Source: Lepidodermella squamata (taxonomy: Eukaryota > Animalia > Gastrotricha). From it: a stretch of 64,000 nt of DNA. The stretch covers positions 992,001 through 1,056,000 of the forward strand of contig JBLDXI010000009.1 of assembly GCA_047495785.1 (NCBI GenBank), read 5' to 3'. Positions 1 to 12,879 of the stretch are shown here, piece by piece (positions within the stretch are counted from its first letter, which is position 1; each line of letters begins with the position of its first letter). The position numbers and the translations under genes were made by a program. A model generated the notes under the pieces. That model worked only from the letters and a program-made list of their open reading frames with translations, was not told the origin of the DNA and did not search any database.

Positions 1-486
1 AGCCGGAGGCCATGCTTTTGCACCCAGGAGAATGGACTGCTGCAGTCGGGAAAGAAGTGAAAGAGTCACCAAGACTTTATAGAAGTTTTCGAGGTTAGCC
101 AGATCGCGTTCGGAAAACACGTCTTTGACGTTTAGTCCGAGCTTTTCAATCATGGCTTGCCGCACCAGCGTTATATTACTCAGGGCGAAATGCATCGACT
201 TGGAAAGAGTAGTAACTTTTTGTCGAGGAATCACTCCGGGAACGATCCGATTCAAAACAGCGCATAAGATCACTCCATCTCTTAGCATGTTAGCGAATTC
301 TACCAAACTTTGGGATCGGAACAATCTTGGAAAATTTAAATAAATTAGGTCAAATAAATATTTATGAGGGGTGGCTTACTGATGATCAGAAGGCAATATT
401 TTCAGCTCTGAGATCCACTGAAGACACATTTTCCAGTCATCATTGGTGACATTCGACGAAATCCGTATCAACGCCGATCCCGCCAT
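1..486 (-). CDS. VAV: Vav-like guanine nucleotide exchange factor, 5' part (calponin-homology domain); runs off the window start
   Basis: Manual minus-strand translation over two exons gives DDWKMCLQWISELKILPSDH|LFRSQSLVEFANMLRDGVILCAVLNRIVPG...DVFSERDLANLENFYKVLVTLSLLS. This parallels the Vav N-terminal CH domain (LWRQC..WL...VLP..H, LRDGVLLC, F...DL....DF.KV..TLS.LS). Not in the ORF track. The frame is open a little upstream of the ATG at 486, so the start is uncertain. Confidence 0.8.
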
Positions 487-2235
487 CCGTGTCACGTCTT
501 GAATAATTCTCGTCTACAATTCAAAAGACAAAATTCACGAATTTAGCCTCGCTTTAGTACGGCACAATAACAGTGTGCTTGACGGCAAAAAAGTCTGTAA
601 AATTATCAACTAACTGTCCGATAGTGAATAAATGAACATTAAAACCAAGCAAAACAAAATTTCAATTTGTTAAGAAACAAATCATTGTAAGAATCAAGAA
701 GCAGGGTAGTCGGAAACTATTCGAATAACAAGTAAAAAACGGAAATATCATAGTAACGCAGCCGCTGTACATGTATAAATACGGTAATAGAACAATGTTT
801 AAGCAGGATCTTGATTTACAAATGCTCAATTTATAGTAATCAGCTTCAAATGAGCCAAGATGTGTTGAAAATAATCAACGTAATATTACAAAAAAGACGA
901 TCATATTGAAGAAGACAATTTCTCAACAATTCTCGGATAGCCCACAACTACAGCAAACGACTTGATTTTTGATAGGCTCTTATTTTTTCGTTTAGGAGTT
1001 CATGACCATGAATGGTTGGTTTTTTAGGGCGGTCGTGACATCACATAAATTCGCTGATAATGTTGACAGATTGCCCTCGTTGCCGAGTAGCAGCCCGTCA
1101 AATCATTGAAAAGCACCGAAAAGTGCACAGAATCTTAGCATTTTCACCTAAATTAGCCTTCGCTTTCTTGAATTTCTCGCAAATCAATATCATGAAATTT
1201 AACATTTTCGTGCTAATGATTTTCCACAGCTAAACAGAATGAGCCACTGGGGAAAATGTTGACGATTTTTAGTTTTTAGTTCTGGTGTTTCAAGAAATCC
1301 ATCCAATACTTGGGGCACGCCAAAAATAAATTCCCATCTAAGATCAAGTCGTTTACAGTAATATCAGTTCATCAAAAAATCACATTGTGACCATTGAACT
1401 CTATTGCACTTGAATGCTGCTCTGCTCTGCTTAGCCTATTCCGTGATTCAAGTCAAACAAGAAAGTATGGGATTTCTAAAATGCTGTGAATCACTACGAT
1501 AGATGAATTTTTGCATTCAAATATTCGATGGCAAAGAAATTCTTCCACTGATTGGTCCCAACTGGCAAAATCTGATTCCTTCCAGTTTCCAGTCGTTCGG
1601 AAAGATGAGAGAAATGACATGATTTCGTCAATAATTTAAATAAGCTCTCGGATTAAGTGACATCCTTAGCTTACGTCAGATCTGATTCAATACATTCAAT
1701 TCAAGTAAGCACCGAGTTCCGACACAAAAGACATCATCGAGTTATCATGCCATTAGCTTTCAATGCTTGACGCTGTTTTAGGTCATATGCGACCATAGAA
1801 TTTCAAGAGGCCTGGGACAGAAACTCTCACCCGTTATTCTACGATGTATACGGCATAACAAGTATGTCAGCAGGAAATCAAACGTTAGCATATTTGATTC
1901 TCAATTTATGATAAAAAAAACGCCCACGCGAAATACAACAAAATGATGCAAACTAAGAGATGGATGTGAAGGCAGGAGAGGAAACAAGAGAGAAAACAGT
2001 GCAACCGAAACGGAATGCTGCCACTATAGGAAATAACTTCCACGTAATGTTACAGTTATCAACACGTACGGATCAAGATCAGTCTTTAAAATCAAACATA
2101 AATGAGACGCGAAATTCTTACAAATCATAAATTATTACGCGTTAGCGATAAAATATCCAATTATAAAATCAAGCGATATAGCCGAAGAGGTCAAAGGATA
2201 GACGCACTATTTAATTCTATTAAACGCTGGTCTCC

Positions 2236-3953
2236 CTACCGACCCCCTGACACGGGTTCCACGGTTTTGAAACCACTTTGAGCGACAGGTTCGTTCGAAG
2301 ATGACGCCGGTGATTTTGGCGATTCATTACCAGCCTTCGGCTTTCCTTTAATTGCAGACAATACGGCTCTCGCAGGCAACGGAGAATTACCAGAGGCAGA
2401 TTTTTCCCCGCAATTTCTGTCATTGCCAGGAGACGAAGGAGGTGATGGAGGCTTCTTTCGCTTATCTGATTTCGCAACAATAGATTCATTTGGCTGTATA
2501 TCGAATAACATGAAATCAGGCTCGGTTTTGTCGCATTTTCTTACCCTGTTTGATCTGACGACGCCATCGATTTGCATCAAGTTCTTCGACCGCTTTGCAG
2601 TTGGCGCACCTTCTTCGCTTGGAATCGGTTGCTGTGCTTTACCCTTAAATGGCACCGTCTTCACCAGCAAACAGTCAGAGCGCAAACAGGGAGCTTGGAT
2701 GGCTTCAGCGGGCCCAACTAATGTGCACACAACGCTGACATTGTCCGATTTTATTTGACGATGCTTGCATATTCTCACAGCTTCCGAAACAAGTTCAGCG
2801 GCGATATCAACATTGGTCTAAGAAGTAAAGAAAAGAAAATTTCAAGAAAATCCGTGATGCATGAAAATCATACTTGAAGAGACTTTCCGCTGCAATGACG
2901 AGAAACGATTTGGGCGGCGTCGTTGGCAGTTATCACATTCCACAGACCATCGGTAGCAAATACTAGAGCAAAATGCTCTCCGGGAATTAGCTTTGTCACA
3001 GATACATCGGCTATAAAAGATAAACCCTCAGAATATTCAAAATAAATTTCATCGTAATCTAACGCTCAGGTGAAACAATATACAGGTCTCTGGACGGATT
3101 GTAGCTCCATAAATCTCCTAATGACAACAATGTTAGAAGCTTGATGATCGCGTCAACAATCATGACTTACCTAAAGAACGGGAGACAGCGAGGAAAGGGA
3201 TGTGTTCGATCTCCGTAGTCATCACTTCCTTGTATGAAAGACGCTCACACGAAGCCAGGGCAGATGGCTTAGGACGGCACCAAACAACACGATTTATACC
3301 CAATCGTGATTCAACAAACCCTCCTGAAGCTTCAATGCGGGACCTTTCACTGGGAGTATCTGGTTTGTGATCCTGGTGTGTCACAGTTTCGATAACAATA
3401 TGTCAATTCTCAATCTCTATTTCTTACCTCGGTTATGTACTTGCCGCTAACGCTACCAGAAGGAGATTTTTGACACAATACAGCAGTGGAATCTCCAACA
3501 TGAGCAACGTATAGTTTATTCTCACGGATTATGGCAACAGTTGCGGTAGATCCAGAGGTACTAGGATAGCCATTAGCTGACTTCGGCCAATTATCTGTAA
3601 AATATAGATTAGACTTTCCTCAGCTGATAAAGACTTGTTTCGAATCCTTTACCTATCTCTTGCCACATTGCTCGGTGGGTTTTCAAAAAGGCTTCCCTCA
3701 TAGCTCGAATTACGCTCTCATCGTCATCAGCCCAGAAATCGTCGAGCTCCGTCAGCTCTTCGAATAGCTTCACTTTAGCAAAGCGAGCCGCATTTTCGCC
3801 ACCATGTCCATCAAAGACGGCAATAAATGCGAATGCCACTGATCCCTTCACAACTTCTTCAAAATGAATTCTAACCGCATCCTCCATGAAATCGCGGTCA
3901 CCTGCACTGACGTTGCAGGTAATTCGTAGTCCCAGCAATTCCTTGGATTCCAT
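2236..3953 (-). CDS. PPM1D: PP2C-family protein phosphatase PPM1D/Wip1, multi-exon
   Basis: PP2C motifs RDFMED, VFDGHGG, HVGDS, DHKP and LAVSRSLGD. The PPM1D-typical segments [16 protein letters not shown] and [10 protein letters not shown] are present, followed by a low-complexity C-terminal tail (ORF 2236..2778). Confidence 0.9.
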
Positions 3954-4520
3954 CCTATTAAACATGAATAGAATCATATCACGCGCATTAAATATGATTA
4001 CGCAAGAATTGAAGACATAAGGCCATTCACTTAAGACTAAGATACTTATTTCACTAAGAGTTGTTGGCCAGAAACATGAAAACTGACAAAGGACATGAGG
4101 CGCTAACGCACAGCAAAAAGCCCAAATGGAAATTTAAAATCACGAGTGGAATTGTATAACTCGTGATTTTGAATTGGAAAATTGCTGAGAAAATGCTACA
4201 ATTATCTCAGCTTAATCAAAGTCCTACTCTTCAGCCAAATATTCGAACTCCAATGCGGAGAGACTACCTACAGCGAGAAAATCAAAATATTCGCTTGCAT
4301 TCAAGGTTTAAAATTCAGAACAAAAATTCAGCCAAGAGCAACTAAGCAAGTCAGCAACTCGCAGCTCACTTGGAAGTCCCAGTCAGACAGCAATGGCAAA
4401 GACATTTGTATTTTTATCAACATAGACATTACGAATTACGATACACGATTACATTTCACAACAGCTTTTAAGCACAGACGTCCCAAAAAAGCAGAAAGCA
4501 GACGAACCTGACGCAGTTCT

Positions 4521-4546
4521 GCCCGCGCAAAAAATTTGAATTCAAA
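4521..4546. promoter_or_regulatory. Possible E2F-like plus CHR (DREAM-type) element in the divergent PPM1D/VPS36 upstream region
   Basis: GCCCGCGCAAAAAATTTGAATTCAAA: a GC-rich E2F-like core next to a palindrome carrying TTTGAA on both strands. Motif resemblance only. Confidence 0.25.
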
Positions 4547-4854
4547 ATGTATTAGACACTTATTTACATTTGTGTTGACATGATCAACCATATGTCATAG
4601 TGACATTGAATTGAACATTAATACTAATTTAGCCGCAGTTTATATATATATTTTTTGAATTAAAAATAGCGCGCGTCTCTTGGTCCTCGATGCATATATA
4701 GGTTTCACGCTGGCCTCGTAACAGGCTTTCTTGAGGCTTGTGGGAAACTTGTTCGTCGTTCATCGGGACAAACGCCTCGAGATTCGTAGCGGGTGACTCT
4801 TTCAATATCAAGGCTGTTATGGCTGAAAGTTTCATGAGGTTGAAAGGTGAAAAA

Positions 4855-5090
4855 CTAGCTCGAAAGCTTGCCGAATACTTGAAGCAACTCTTCATCAAAC
4901 AGGTGTCTGATTGGACATTGGACCAAATAGACTATAGCTCATATCTATATTTTTATAATTTATTTTTGTGCCACGTCTGCGCCTAACACGGAATTATCGG
5001 TGGCAGGTCTTTTCACTTTACCAACCTAATTCCTGTTTAATCACCAGAGTTGGTGGCAGGGTCTAATATTCATCAACTCATCTATCCATA
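4855..5090 (+). mobile_element. Short diverged 3' end of a non-LTR retrotransposon, same family as the element at 58927..60470
   Basis: Aligns by eye to the reverse complement of ~58960..59180. Shared blocks are ACTAGCTCGAAAGC, CAGGTGTCTGA, GGACCAAATAG, TTTTATAATTTATTTT, CTGCGCCTAACAC, AATCACCAGA and CAGGGTCTAA, ending in a decayed CATC-like tail. Confidence 0.85.
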
Positions 5091-5496
5091 CTTACATGAT
5101 GAGACGATTCTCAGAGCAACACGCTCGAGATTCCTGCCTTGTCTGGTGGTTAGGGAATCAAAGCAGTTCCATTTGAGCACTTTCCTCTTTCCTTACAACT
5201 CTACTCAAACTATCCTTTTCACTCGTTTCAAAAGCGCTTCTTGTGATGACTTGTGACAGAAATGGTCTCAAATGTCGAGTCTCACTCTTTTGCGAATCAT
5301 GTATCGCCTATGTTGCACGATTGCAGATATGGTTTTCAGTGTTTCTATTCCAAGTGGTAAAATTTTGCAGTGAGAAATACAAGTGTGTGTAAATATTCCT
5401 TTATTTCTATAAATGATCATGACGAATGCGGAGCCTTATGCTTTCTTTCTTCCTTGAATGATATGGATAACTTGAAAACTTTGCATTTAAATTAGT

Positions 5497-6765
5497 ATGG
5501 ATCGCTTCAGCTGGACTGAAAAAGCAATTTATTCTGCTTTAAACGCTTGTGTAACTCTTGGAGGGGTGACTTTATACGATGGTGATGTTAAAACTGGCTT
5601 TGCCGATGGAGAAGTGCGAGTGAGCCCCAGTCATCTTTTCTGGGCCAAAGACTCTAAATACATCAGTCTCCCGATAAGCTCGATAGTTTTAGCTGAGGAG
5701 GTTAGCGAAGGCTTGTTATTGTCAAAGAAATACTTCGTCATACTTCACCTCGCGGCTGCCCAACCCGATAAAGCTCCTGGCCCATCCACCTACAGCCAGT
5801 TTCATCAAATCAAACTGCGATGCAAGTCTGCTCAAGCGACGAACTCAATTTGCACGGCAATTAAAACCACATTGCAGTCCCATTCAGATAAAGCGTCTGC
5901 GTCCGTCAGCACTGCAGCTGCTGCTACTACTCCTGCCCAGTCTTTGAACCTCCGTGGTGGACTTGTTCGAATAGAACAAGACCTTCAGAAAAAAGATGCC
6001 GCTGCCTCTCGTGACATAGCTGATGCTTTTCAAGATTTTAAAAACTTGATGGGTCGAGCGAATGACATGGTCGAGTTAGCTAAAACTATTGCGGAGAAAG
6101 CCAAACGCCAATCACAGGCGCTGCCCACCGAGCAAAGCAAAGATAACCTTACCAATGACGAGTTGTCAGAGTTCAGGTCTGATTTGCTAGCGCTTGGTGT
6201 CTCGGGCGGAGTATCAAAAGATGATTGTTCATCTGAATCCAATTTCCATGTCCAGCTTGCATCAGAAATGTGTCGACTCCTTGAACCTATTATAAGGAAA
6301 TCTGGGGGTGGCCTGATGTCACTTACGGATGCTTATTGCCGGTTGAACCGTGCCCGTGGCTTGGACCTTGTCTCGCCCGATGATGTTTGTCTTGAATTCA
6401 ATCATGAATTATCTCATCCTTGATCTGGTTTGAAATTTTAATAGGTCCTATCTGCTGCGAAGGTCATGGAGAAACGAAACATGACGTTGCGCATGCATCA
6501 ATTCCATACTGGCGTGCGATGCTTACGTCTTGCTGATGTTGATAGCCGCAAACTCTGCATAGAAACCATGCGTTTACTTGACGCCCAGCCCAAAGGCTGC
6601 TCGATTGATACCTTTTCTGTTTTGTTGTCCATACCTTTCGCAGTTGCGCGCGAGAGACTGTTTGCGGCTGAGTCAGAGGGCTTTGCCTGCCGAGACGAAT
6701 CTGCTGGTGGCTTATTATTCTATCCGAACAAGTTCATACATTTCGAACCTACAGTTGCCTTTTAG
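5497..6765 (+). CDS. VPS36: ESCRT-II subunit VPS36/EAP45; two exons, intron 6385..6444
   Basis: N-terminal MDRFSW...[15 protein letters not shown] domain; [15 protein letters not shown]; [21 protein letters not shown]; C-terminal CRDES..GL.FYPNKF. Confidence 0.95.
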
Positions 6766-6847
6766 CTTGCAGCTTGGCTTCATTTCAGAATAATTATTTA
6801 TTAATTATTGTCCGTTTGATGATTTTAGATTTTTATAAGGACATAGA

Positions 6848-7404
6848 ATGGCTGGTGGGTGCAACTTTATCAAAGCGACTAATAATTTACCATGATACAC
6901 TCTTTTTAGAGTCGGAATCCTGCAAGAAACTACGATGGATTGCCGAGCTAGAATTTGTCCAAATGCTCTCAAATCCGTGGTATTTAAATCGTAGGTCAAT
7001 ATATGTTCTTCCGTTCAAATTTCTCTTGACAATTTTTTTTGAAGATCTAGCCCAAAATGATTATTTGAAAAGGAAAGAATTTATCAATTACCTGAACTAC
7101 TTGCAATACTGGAAGCGCCCTGAATATGCTCAGCACCTAAGGTATGAAAATATACTATTGAAGATATTGATCCAAGTTCGAATGAAATTCAAATAGATTC
7201 CCGCAATGTCTACATTTCCTGGACCTTCTTCAAAATGAAGAATTTCGAAACAACATTGCTAACCAGCAAGTCACAAGGTTCATCGACGATCAGCTGCTTC
7301 TCCATTGGCACAATTACGCTCGTCGCCGGCAAAGATTGCTCGACAGCGAAGCTGCTAAATTCGAGAAGGCGAATGCTTCTATCAAGCCACCTGTCCAACC
7401 CTAA
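6848..7404 (+). CDS. MED31: Mediator subunit 31 (SOH1); four short exons
   Basis: [19 protein letters not shown]....[17 protein letters not shown] and [16 protein letters not shown]. Joined across short GT-AG introns, with a 7-nt first coding exon (ATGGCTG) and stop TAA at 7402..7404. Confidence 0.93.
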
Positions 7405-7577
7405 CTTGACTGTTTTGTTATTTTTATTATACCGGTTGCTCATTTCTCTCTAAGACTACTGTGGCAAATAAAAAATGGATGTGCTTTTCAATCTTGATTT
7501 TATTTTATTTGATCAACTAATTGTTAAATGAAAAACATTAACGAAACCGGTTGAAGTGACCTGAATCCTATTGGTAT

Positions 7578-8494
7578 TTACGAGAGCATTAAATAGGAAA
7601 CAGTTAGCAAGAGCGCTGAAATTGAGCCATCGATAAGTCCGCGGTACTGCGCGCCGTGATTGCAAAGGTTATTGTGACAGCAGGCGTAAGTGATGTTTCC
7701 GTCGCTGCGAGGGCATTCCCCGGCTGAACAGTACTGATTGATTTCCAAGTCGATCAGATTCCGACCATTAATGGCGATGCGCCGGCCAACAGCTACCTCT
7801 TTCTATATGCCATAAAAAAATATAATACCGCAAGGATACCAATCAATTGACTTACCACGCACATGTCGAGACCACGAGGACAACGGCGAATTTTCCGAAT
7901 GAAATAGGTCTTGCAAGCGTAACACTCGAAGCAGCTCAACGTAGTGAAGCGTGAAGTTTGCTTAGGCAGCGCTGGCACGTAAACAGTCTGATTTTCATCG
8001 TTATTTCCCTCGGCACTAACGCGATTGCCATCGACTTGAATTGCAGCTTTTTTCAAGTCGACCGGCTTTCTGGTAGCCGTGGTCGTTGGGTCAGCAGCAG
8101 TTGTTGTTTCGTTCAATTCGGTCGCTGTCGGTTCAGAAGTAGACAAATCTGGCTGCGGTACAGCAGTAGCGTCTTCCGATGCAATTGCCTCCTCGTAAAA
8201 TTGAGCGGGCGCAGTAGTCTCGGCTTTCAGTTTCTTATTCCACAGAAATCGCTCGATCGCATTTTGCTGTTTAACAGGAGTTGCCGCGTCATCATAAACC
8301 TCAAGCGGAGATTCCTCTGCGCCTGCATCGTTGGGAGCCGAATCGCCAGATGAAACAACAGGGTCAGTTGCCAGCGTTTTAACCCGACCCCCGCCAGGGA
8401 GCTCGCTCAGCGCTTTGAGGTTAACGACATCATCTCCGCATGAAAACCTTTGCAGAGTGAAAGATATTAGGTAGACGAAAAAAAATCGGTGCAT
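7578..8494 (-). CDS. Secreted, probably GPI-anchored Ly6/uPAR (three-finger) protein with a Thr/Glu/Ala-rich N-terminal region; two exons
   Basis: Signal peptide, then a low-complexity stretch. Then LSCFECYAC...RCPRGLDMCV|KEVAV...YCSAGEC...ACCHNNLCN (10 Cys, CCxxxLCN), ending in a hydrophobic C-terminus ISALLLTVSYLMLS*. Confidence 0.8.
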
Positions 8495-9356
8495 TTTAAA
8501 CGACGTTTAATAGTTGCGACGAAGCTCTTTGAGTCACCAAACGCCGATTGCTGCAACGCGACTACCAAGTGTATCAAAATTACGTAGTTTTGAAGTGGGC
8601 GACAACACTTGCCATGTGAGCACATGCCACTGCTGTAATCGGATTAAGGGCTACCCTCTGCGCTCCTCGTGGGCGCGCTTCTTTGCGTCAAGTGGCGTGA
8701 TTTCAGGAATTTCGGCTTTATTTGCACTTCGCAACAATCGCGCGTTACCTGATGGGCGGTGTAACTGTATAGCAATGGGAAATGGGCAAAAATAAAAGTC
8801 TCTTCGTTCCCGGTTATAAATTTCAGACGCATTACGTAAGGAAACCGTTTTATTTCAATATCATTGCTTATATAACGCAACAAGATGAATATTTTCATTT
8901 TCAAACAAAGAATCAGGGCAAATTTTAAAGACAATAGAAGTTCTCGATTAATTATTCTGCAGAATGATAAGTATGATAAGTTGTTGTCATTAGTCATCTC
9001 CATCAAAAAGTTGGCGCCAATAATCGAGTGCATTTCGTCGGATCGATTGGAAGATGGCTAACTGACCTGAATTTACGTAATAATGGGGTTCTAATTTTGC
9101 GCGAAGACATTCAATTTCGAAAAGTCGCTCATGAACAATTTTAAAAATAATCTGTGTATCACGTCAAACATGACGGCATTTTATACAAAGTCAGCAGCAT
9201 TCAATTCAGGTTAAGATAGTAAAAAACTGGCGCTATCATATTTCACAGTGACTTGGCACATAATTCAAACAGCGATATCAGATTATTTCTTGATGACGGT
9301 TGAAGATGCATGAAATTATAGCTTTATATTTACACCGCAGATCAACAATGCGACGA

Positions 9357-9751
9357 TTATTTGGGTTGCGGATTGTGCTTGCCCATGAGCATATCGTGGA
9401 AGTGGTCGTAGGACACCCGCCCTTCTCGAGTCGGATCCATTGAATCAAGAATCTGAAACCCAAGAATTACACGCCGCATTAGAGCATTAAAAATGTACCA
9501 ATGAAAATAACCTCTTCGATATGCTCCTCGCTGATGTTAATTTTAGCTTTATTTTGGTCGAGTAATATTCGACGAATTTCTTGTCGCGTAAGGTAGCCAG
9601 TATTATCGCGATCGCATTCCTTCCATAGGTGCATGATTTCTTTTTCGCTCAGAAACGGGCTTAATTAATAACAATTAATTATACGAAACCAGGAAGATAA
9701 AAATAACGCTTACCCGGCGGTGTTGACGCTCCTGCTGCTCGTACAGCCCAT
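9357..9751 (-). CDS. Small (~93 aa) two-EF-hand protein with an N-terminal acylation motif; three exons
   Basis: Spliced translation MGCTSSRSVNTAG|PFLSEKEIMHLWKECDRDNTGYLTRQEIRRILL...HIEE|ILDSMDPTREGRVSYDHFHDMLMGKHNPQPK*. Canonical EF loop DRDNTGYLTRQE. Not captured by the ORF track. Confidence 0.8.
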
Positions 9752-12250
9752 ATCATATATGCAGTCAGGCAGAAGATTTTTTCGCTCAAAAATATAAGCT
9801 AAATATAAGAAAAAATAATTTGATTTAATTGTGAAGAATCAAATCGACTATTGATGTATTTGGTTGGCATTGAGCTGAATTGGGAACACATTTTACAGTC
9901 AACTAAGAAAATCACAAGAGCAACACCGAGAGTATATTAACGACAAAACGGATCAGCGAACATATTTTAATAATTATTACTATTTGTACGTCGCGCCAAG
10001 AAATCGTAACCAACAACTTTCTAATATTGGCATGGTGACGATTTGTCGCCTACCTCTTGAAGCCTAATATTGTATTGCTCAGTGCGTTTTCTAGAGGGAA
10101 AGCTGAGAAACATCAAAATTCAATTTTACACCGCTATTATTTGCCGTTTTTCATCGCGTGGGGCACGATCAGCCATAGGTATACCTTGCGTTGCTTTATT
10201 ATGCTTTAATTTTCTTCGGCGAATAGAAATCGACCGTGATCGTTAACATTTCAATGGCTGACCGATACGCGCTTCCGCATGTTCAGATTTTGTTTCAATC
10301 ATCAAGTTGGCATTTCTTTTCGATGTAGGTAATATCGATCCGATTCGCAAGCGGGCCCACATGCAGCAAATGAGCAGCTTCTGCGCATGCGCCATGCTTT
10401 CCATAATAACTGGTCTCGTTGGCAACGCCGCGCTGTACTTCCATCTAGAATCCAGAACTTGCAGTGTTCGCGACGGATCTAGGCAGCACTACAAAAGGTC
10501 AACATGTGACGTGAAGCGCCGTAGAATTTGTTGTTAATTGTAAAGGCAGCCATTCATTATTTGGGCAACCGACCGTAAAACCTTGGCAACATTTCTCATT
10601 TTGCACCGGCGTTATTCAGATTTCCGATTGTGCGTTAGTGCCAAAACGAAATCGGCATGTTAAACCTGATGAATCAGCGGCGGCAACTTCGACCAATTGA
10701 TATGGGTTGAGAAATAGCCGAAAGCTGTGCCGATGGGCACCCACATTTGAACGCTGACAGACGCTGATGTAAACAGAAGAACAATACAGGTAACTTGGGG
10801 TGAATTCGTTTTATTTTAGCGATAATTTCATCACGTTTTTCATTTGAAAAAAAGTTTAGGTATACGGAAGCAAGTTATTTTTCTTCAAGTACACAATTAT
10901 GATACGTATTAGTTAAAAAATATGTTAACTGCAAGTTGATAAAATTGTATGAATATTATGAACAATAAGTGGCTACGAAATCAACACTTGAATTTGTACG
11001 TTATAAAGCTTTGAATGTAAAGACATGAGTCGAAACTCGAAACGGTGTTCCAAGCCTATAGACAAAGTTGACTGGTCATTATTTGCTTGAAAAAAATATT
11101 CAGAAAATTCCTGCTGCTCTGAACGTGGCGTGGTAAAACTTGGCCTGGAAGAAACTGGTAATCGATTATCGAATCTAGCCGGTAGCTGTTCAGCTTTCAA
11201 GTAACAAATTTGATACCGAAAAAACACCTGTGTGATTCTTGATCGATGTCGAAACCGCGGGATTAAATCTGTTTTATCAAGGTAAAATGCAAAATGAGTC
11301 AGTGACGTAAGGGGTAACTCGTCCGATACGTGGGGTAATTTGGCCGCATTTGCCAAAAATGATTCATGAATCAGCTTCTAGCGAGTGAAAGTTGGAGCGT
11401 TGCAGCAACGCGCATTTCGATTACAAATAGGCCATGCATTCTATAACATTTAGGTGACTGAAGCCCTAGATTCCTGCCATCTAAATTTGAAAGCTGCCAT
11501 CAGAGGAATCTCTTAATAAGGTCCCTGAATTCCGAGATTTTTACGCCCAAACTTGCGAGGCCTAAAATCGATCGATCCCAGCTTCGACCTTTCGACAGAG
11601 AAATGGAGGTTGTAACATCGGTGCGAAAAAATCCCACTACAAAATGTTTCAGGAGGAAAAACAATTACTCCACACCTCGGTGACTCACCGCGACAGCACA
11701 GAACAAATACTCTTATTGGTAAACCTAGGTCCAGGTGTCTACCATTTTGTCCACCAGGCAAATTGTGGAATGGTCACCTTTAATTTTAATCTGAAATTGT
11801 GTAAAGATTCCACTTGGATGAGTTGATACAGAGGTTTGATTTTTGTTTTTATGGAACTTCCAATATCCAAAATAAATAATCCAATAATTCGCAAAAACAA
11901 AATCGATAGCCTTGGACCTTGGGTGGCTGGTAATTTTTCCGAAATTAGTCCTGTATGACTACAACGGCAAAAGTATGCCGACAGGTGAAAGAAGTGCGGG
12001 CAAAATTGTACTGGAAAAATAATGTTCATCTTTACGGTAACGCTGGAAATGCTGGAGCCGAAGTGTGCATAGGACTCTAAGGACCAATATCGTTGTCTCA
12101 TTTAGTGATAGCAATAGCTTGATATTTATTTCGGTGTAAGTGCAGTGATGTCAGTGGAAAAATAGCGTCTGTTTGAAGGCCTTCGCGGTTCGGTACATTA
12201 GGCCAATGCCTTCATTATTATGACCCCAGCCAAGTAACCCAGAATGACGG

Positions 12251-12830
12251 TGTTGGGGCCCGAGCCCGATTTCGGCCCGTACGCAGACGGGTAGCATTGA
12301 TTTGCCACTCCGCGCTCGGGCCGGTTTAAAACATGCCCGTATGCGACGTTTACTGTAAATTTAATAAATTCGAGAGAATCACGCTTCACCGCACACGGGC
12401 CGGCCAGGGTGCCAGCCCGAGCACGGCGGAGAACAATGGGATCCAGTGCTATTGTTCAGCGCCGTACTCGGGCCGCCGGGCTCGGGCCCCTGGAATCGGG
12501 TCGTCGGGCTTGGGTCGCCGGGCTCGGGTCATCCTACAACCAACGCCCACCCCGACAATTTTACCAAGTCCCGGCCCGAGCCCGGCGGCCCGAGTACGGC
12601 GCTGAACAATAGCACTGGATCCCATTGTTCTCCGCCGTGCTCGGGCTGGCACCCTGGCCGGCCCGTGTGCGGTGAAGCGTGATTCTCTCGAATTTATTAA
12701 ATTTACAGTAAACGTCGCATACGGGCATGTTTTAAACCGGCCCGAGCGCGGAGTGGTAAAGTGCCGTTACCCGACCGCGTACGGGCTGACCCGAACGCGT
12801 TCGGGCCGAATTCGGGCTCGGGCCCCAACA
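12251..12830. mobile_element. GC-rich foldback / MITE-like element with long inverted arms
   Basis: Perfect 184-bp inverted repeat, 12305..12488 versus 12573..12756, around an 84-bp spacer. Imperfect outer arms (TGTTGGGGCCCGAGCCCGA at 12251 and its complement ending at 12830) and many GGCCCG/CGGGCC sub-repeats. No target-site duplication found. Confidence 0.8.
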
Positions 12831-12879
12831 ACGGCACTAATGAATAAAGACAGGTTTATATTTCTAGCCATCAAATTTA

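Noticed and set aside
10243-10780. Short ORFs and possible exons between the EF-hand gene and the foldback element
   Set aside because: The frames I translated gave no recognisable domain or coherent spliced gene model.
10973-12101. ORFs of 82-127 aa and possible transposon-interior sequence
   Set aside because: No motifs, and no paired termini or TSD that I could locate.
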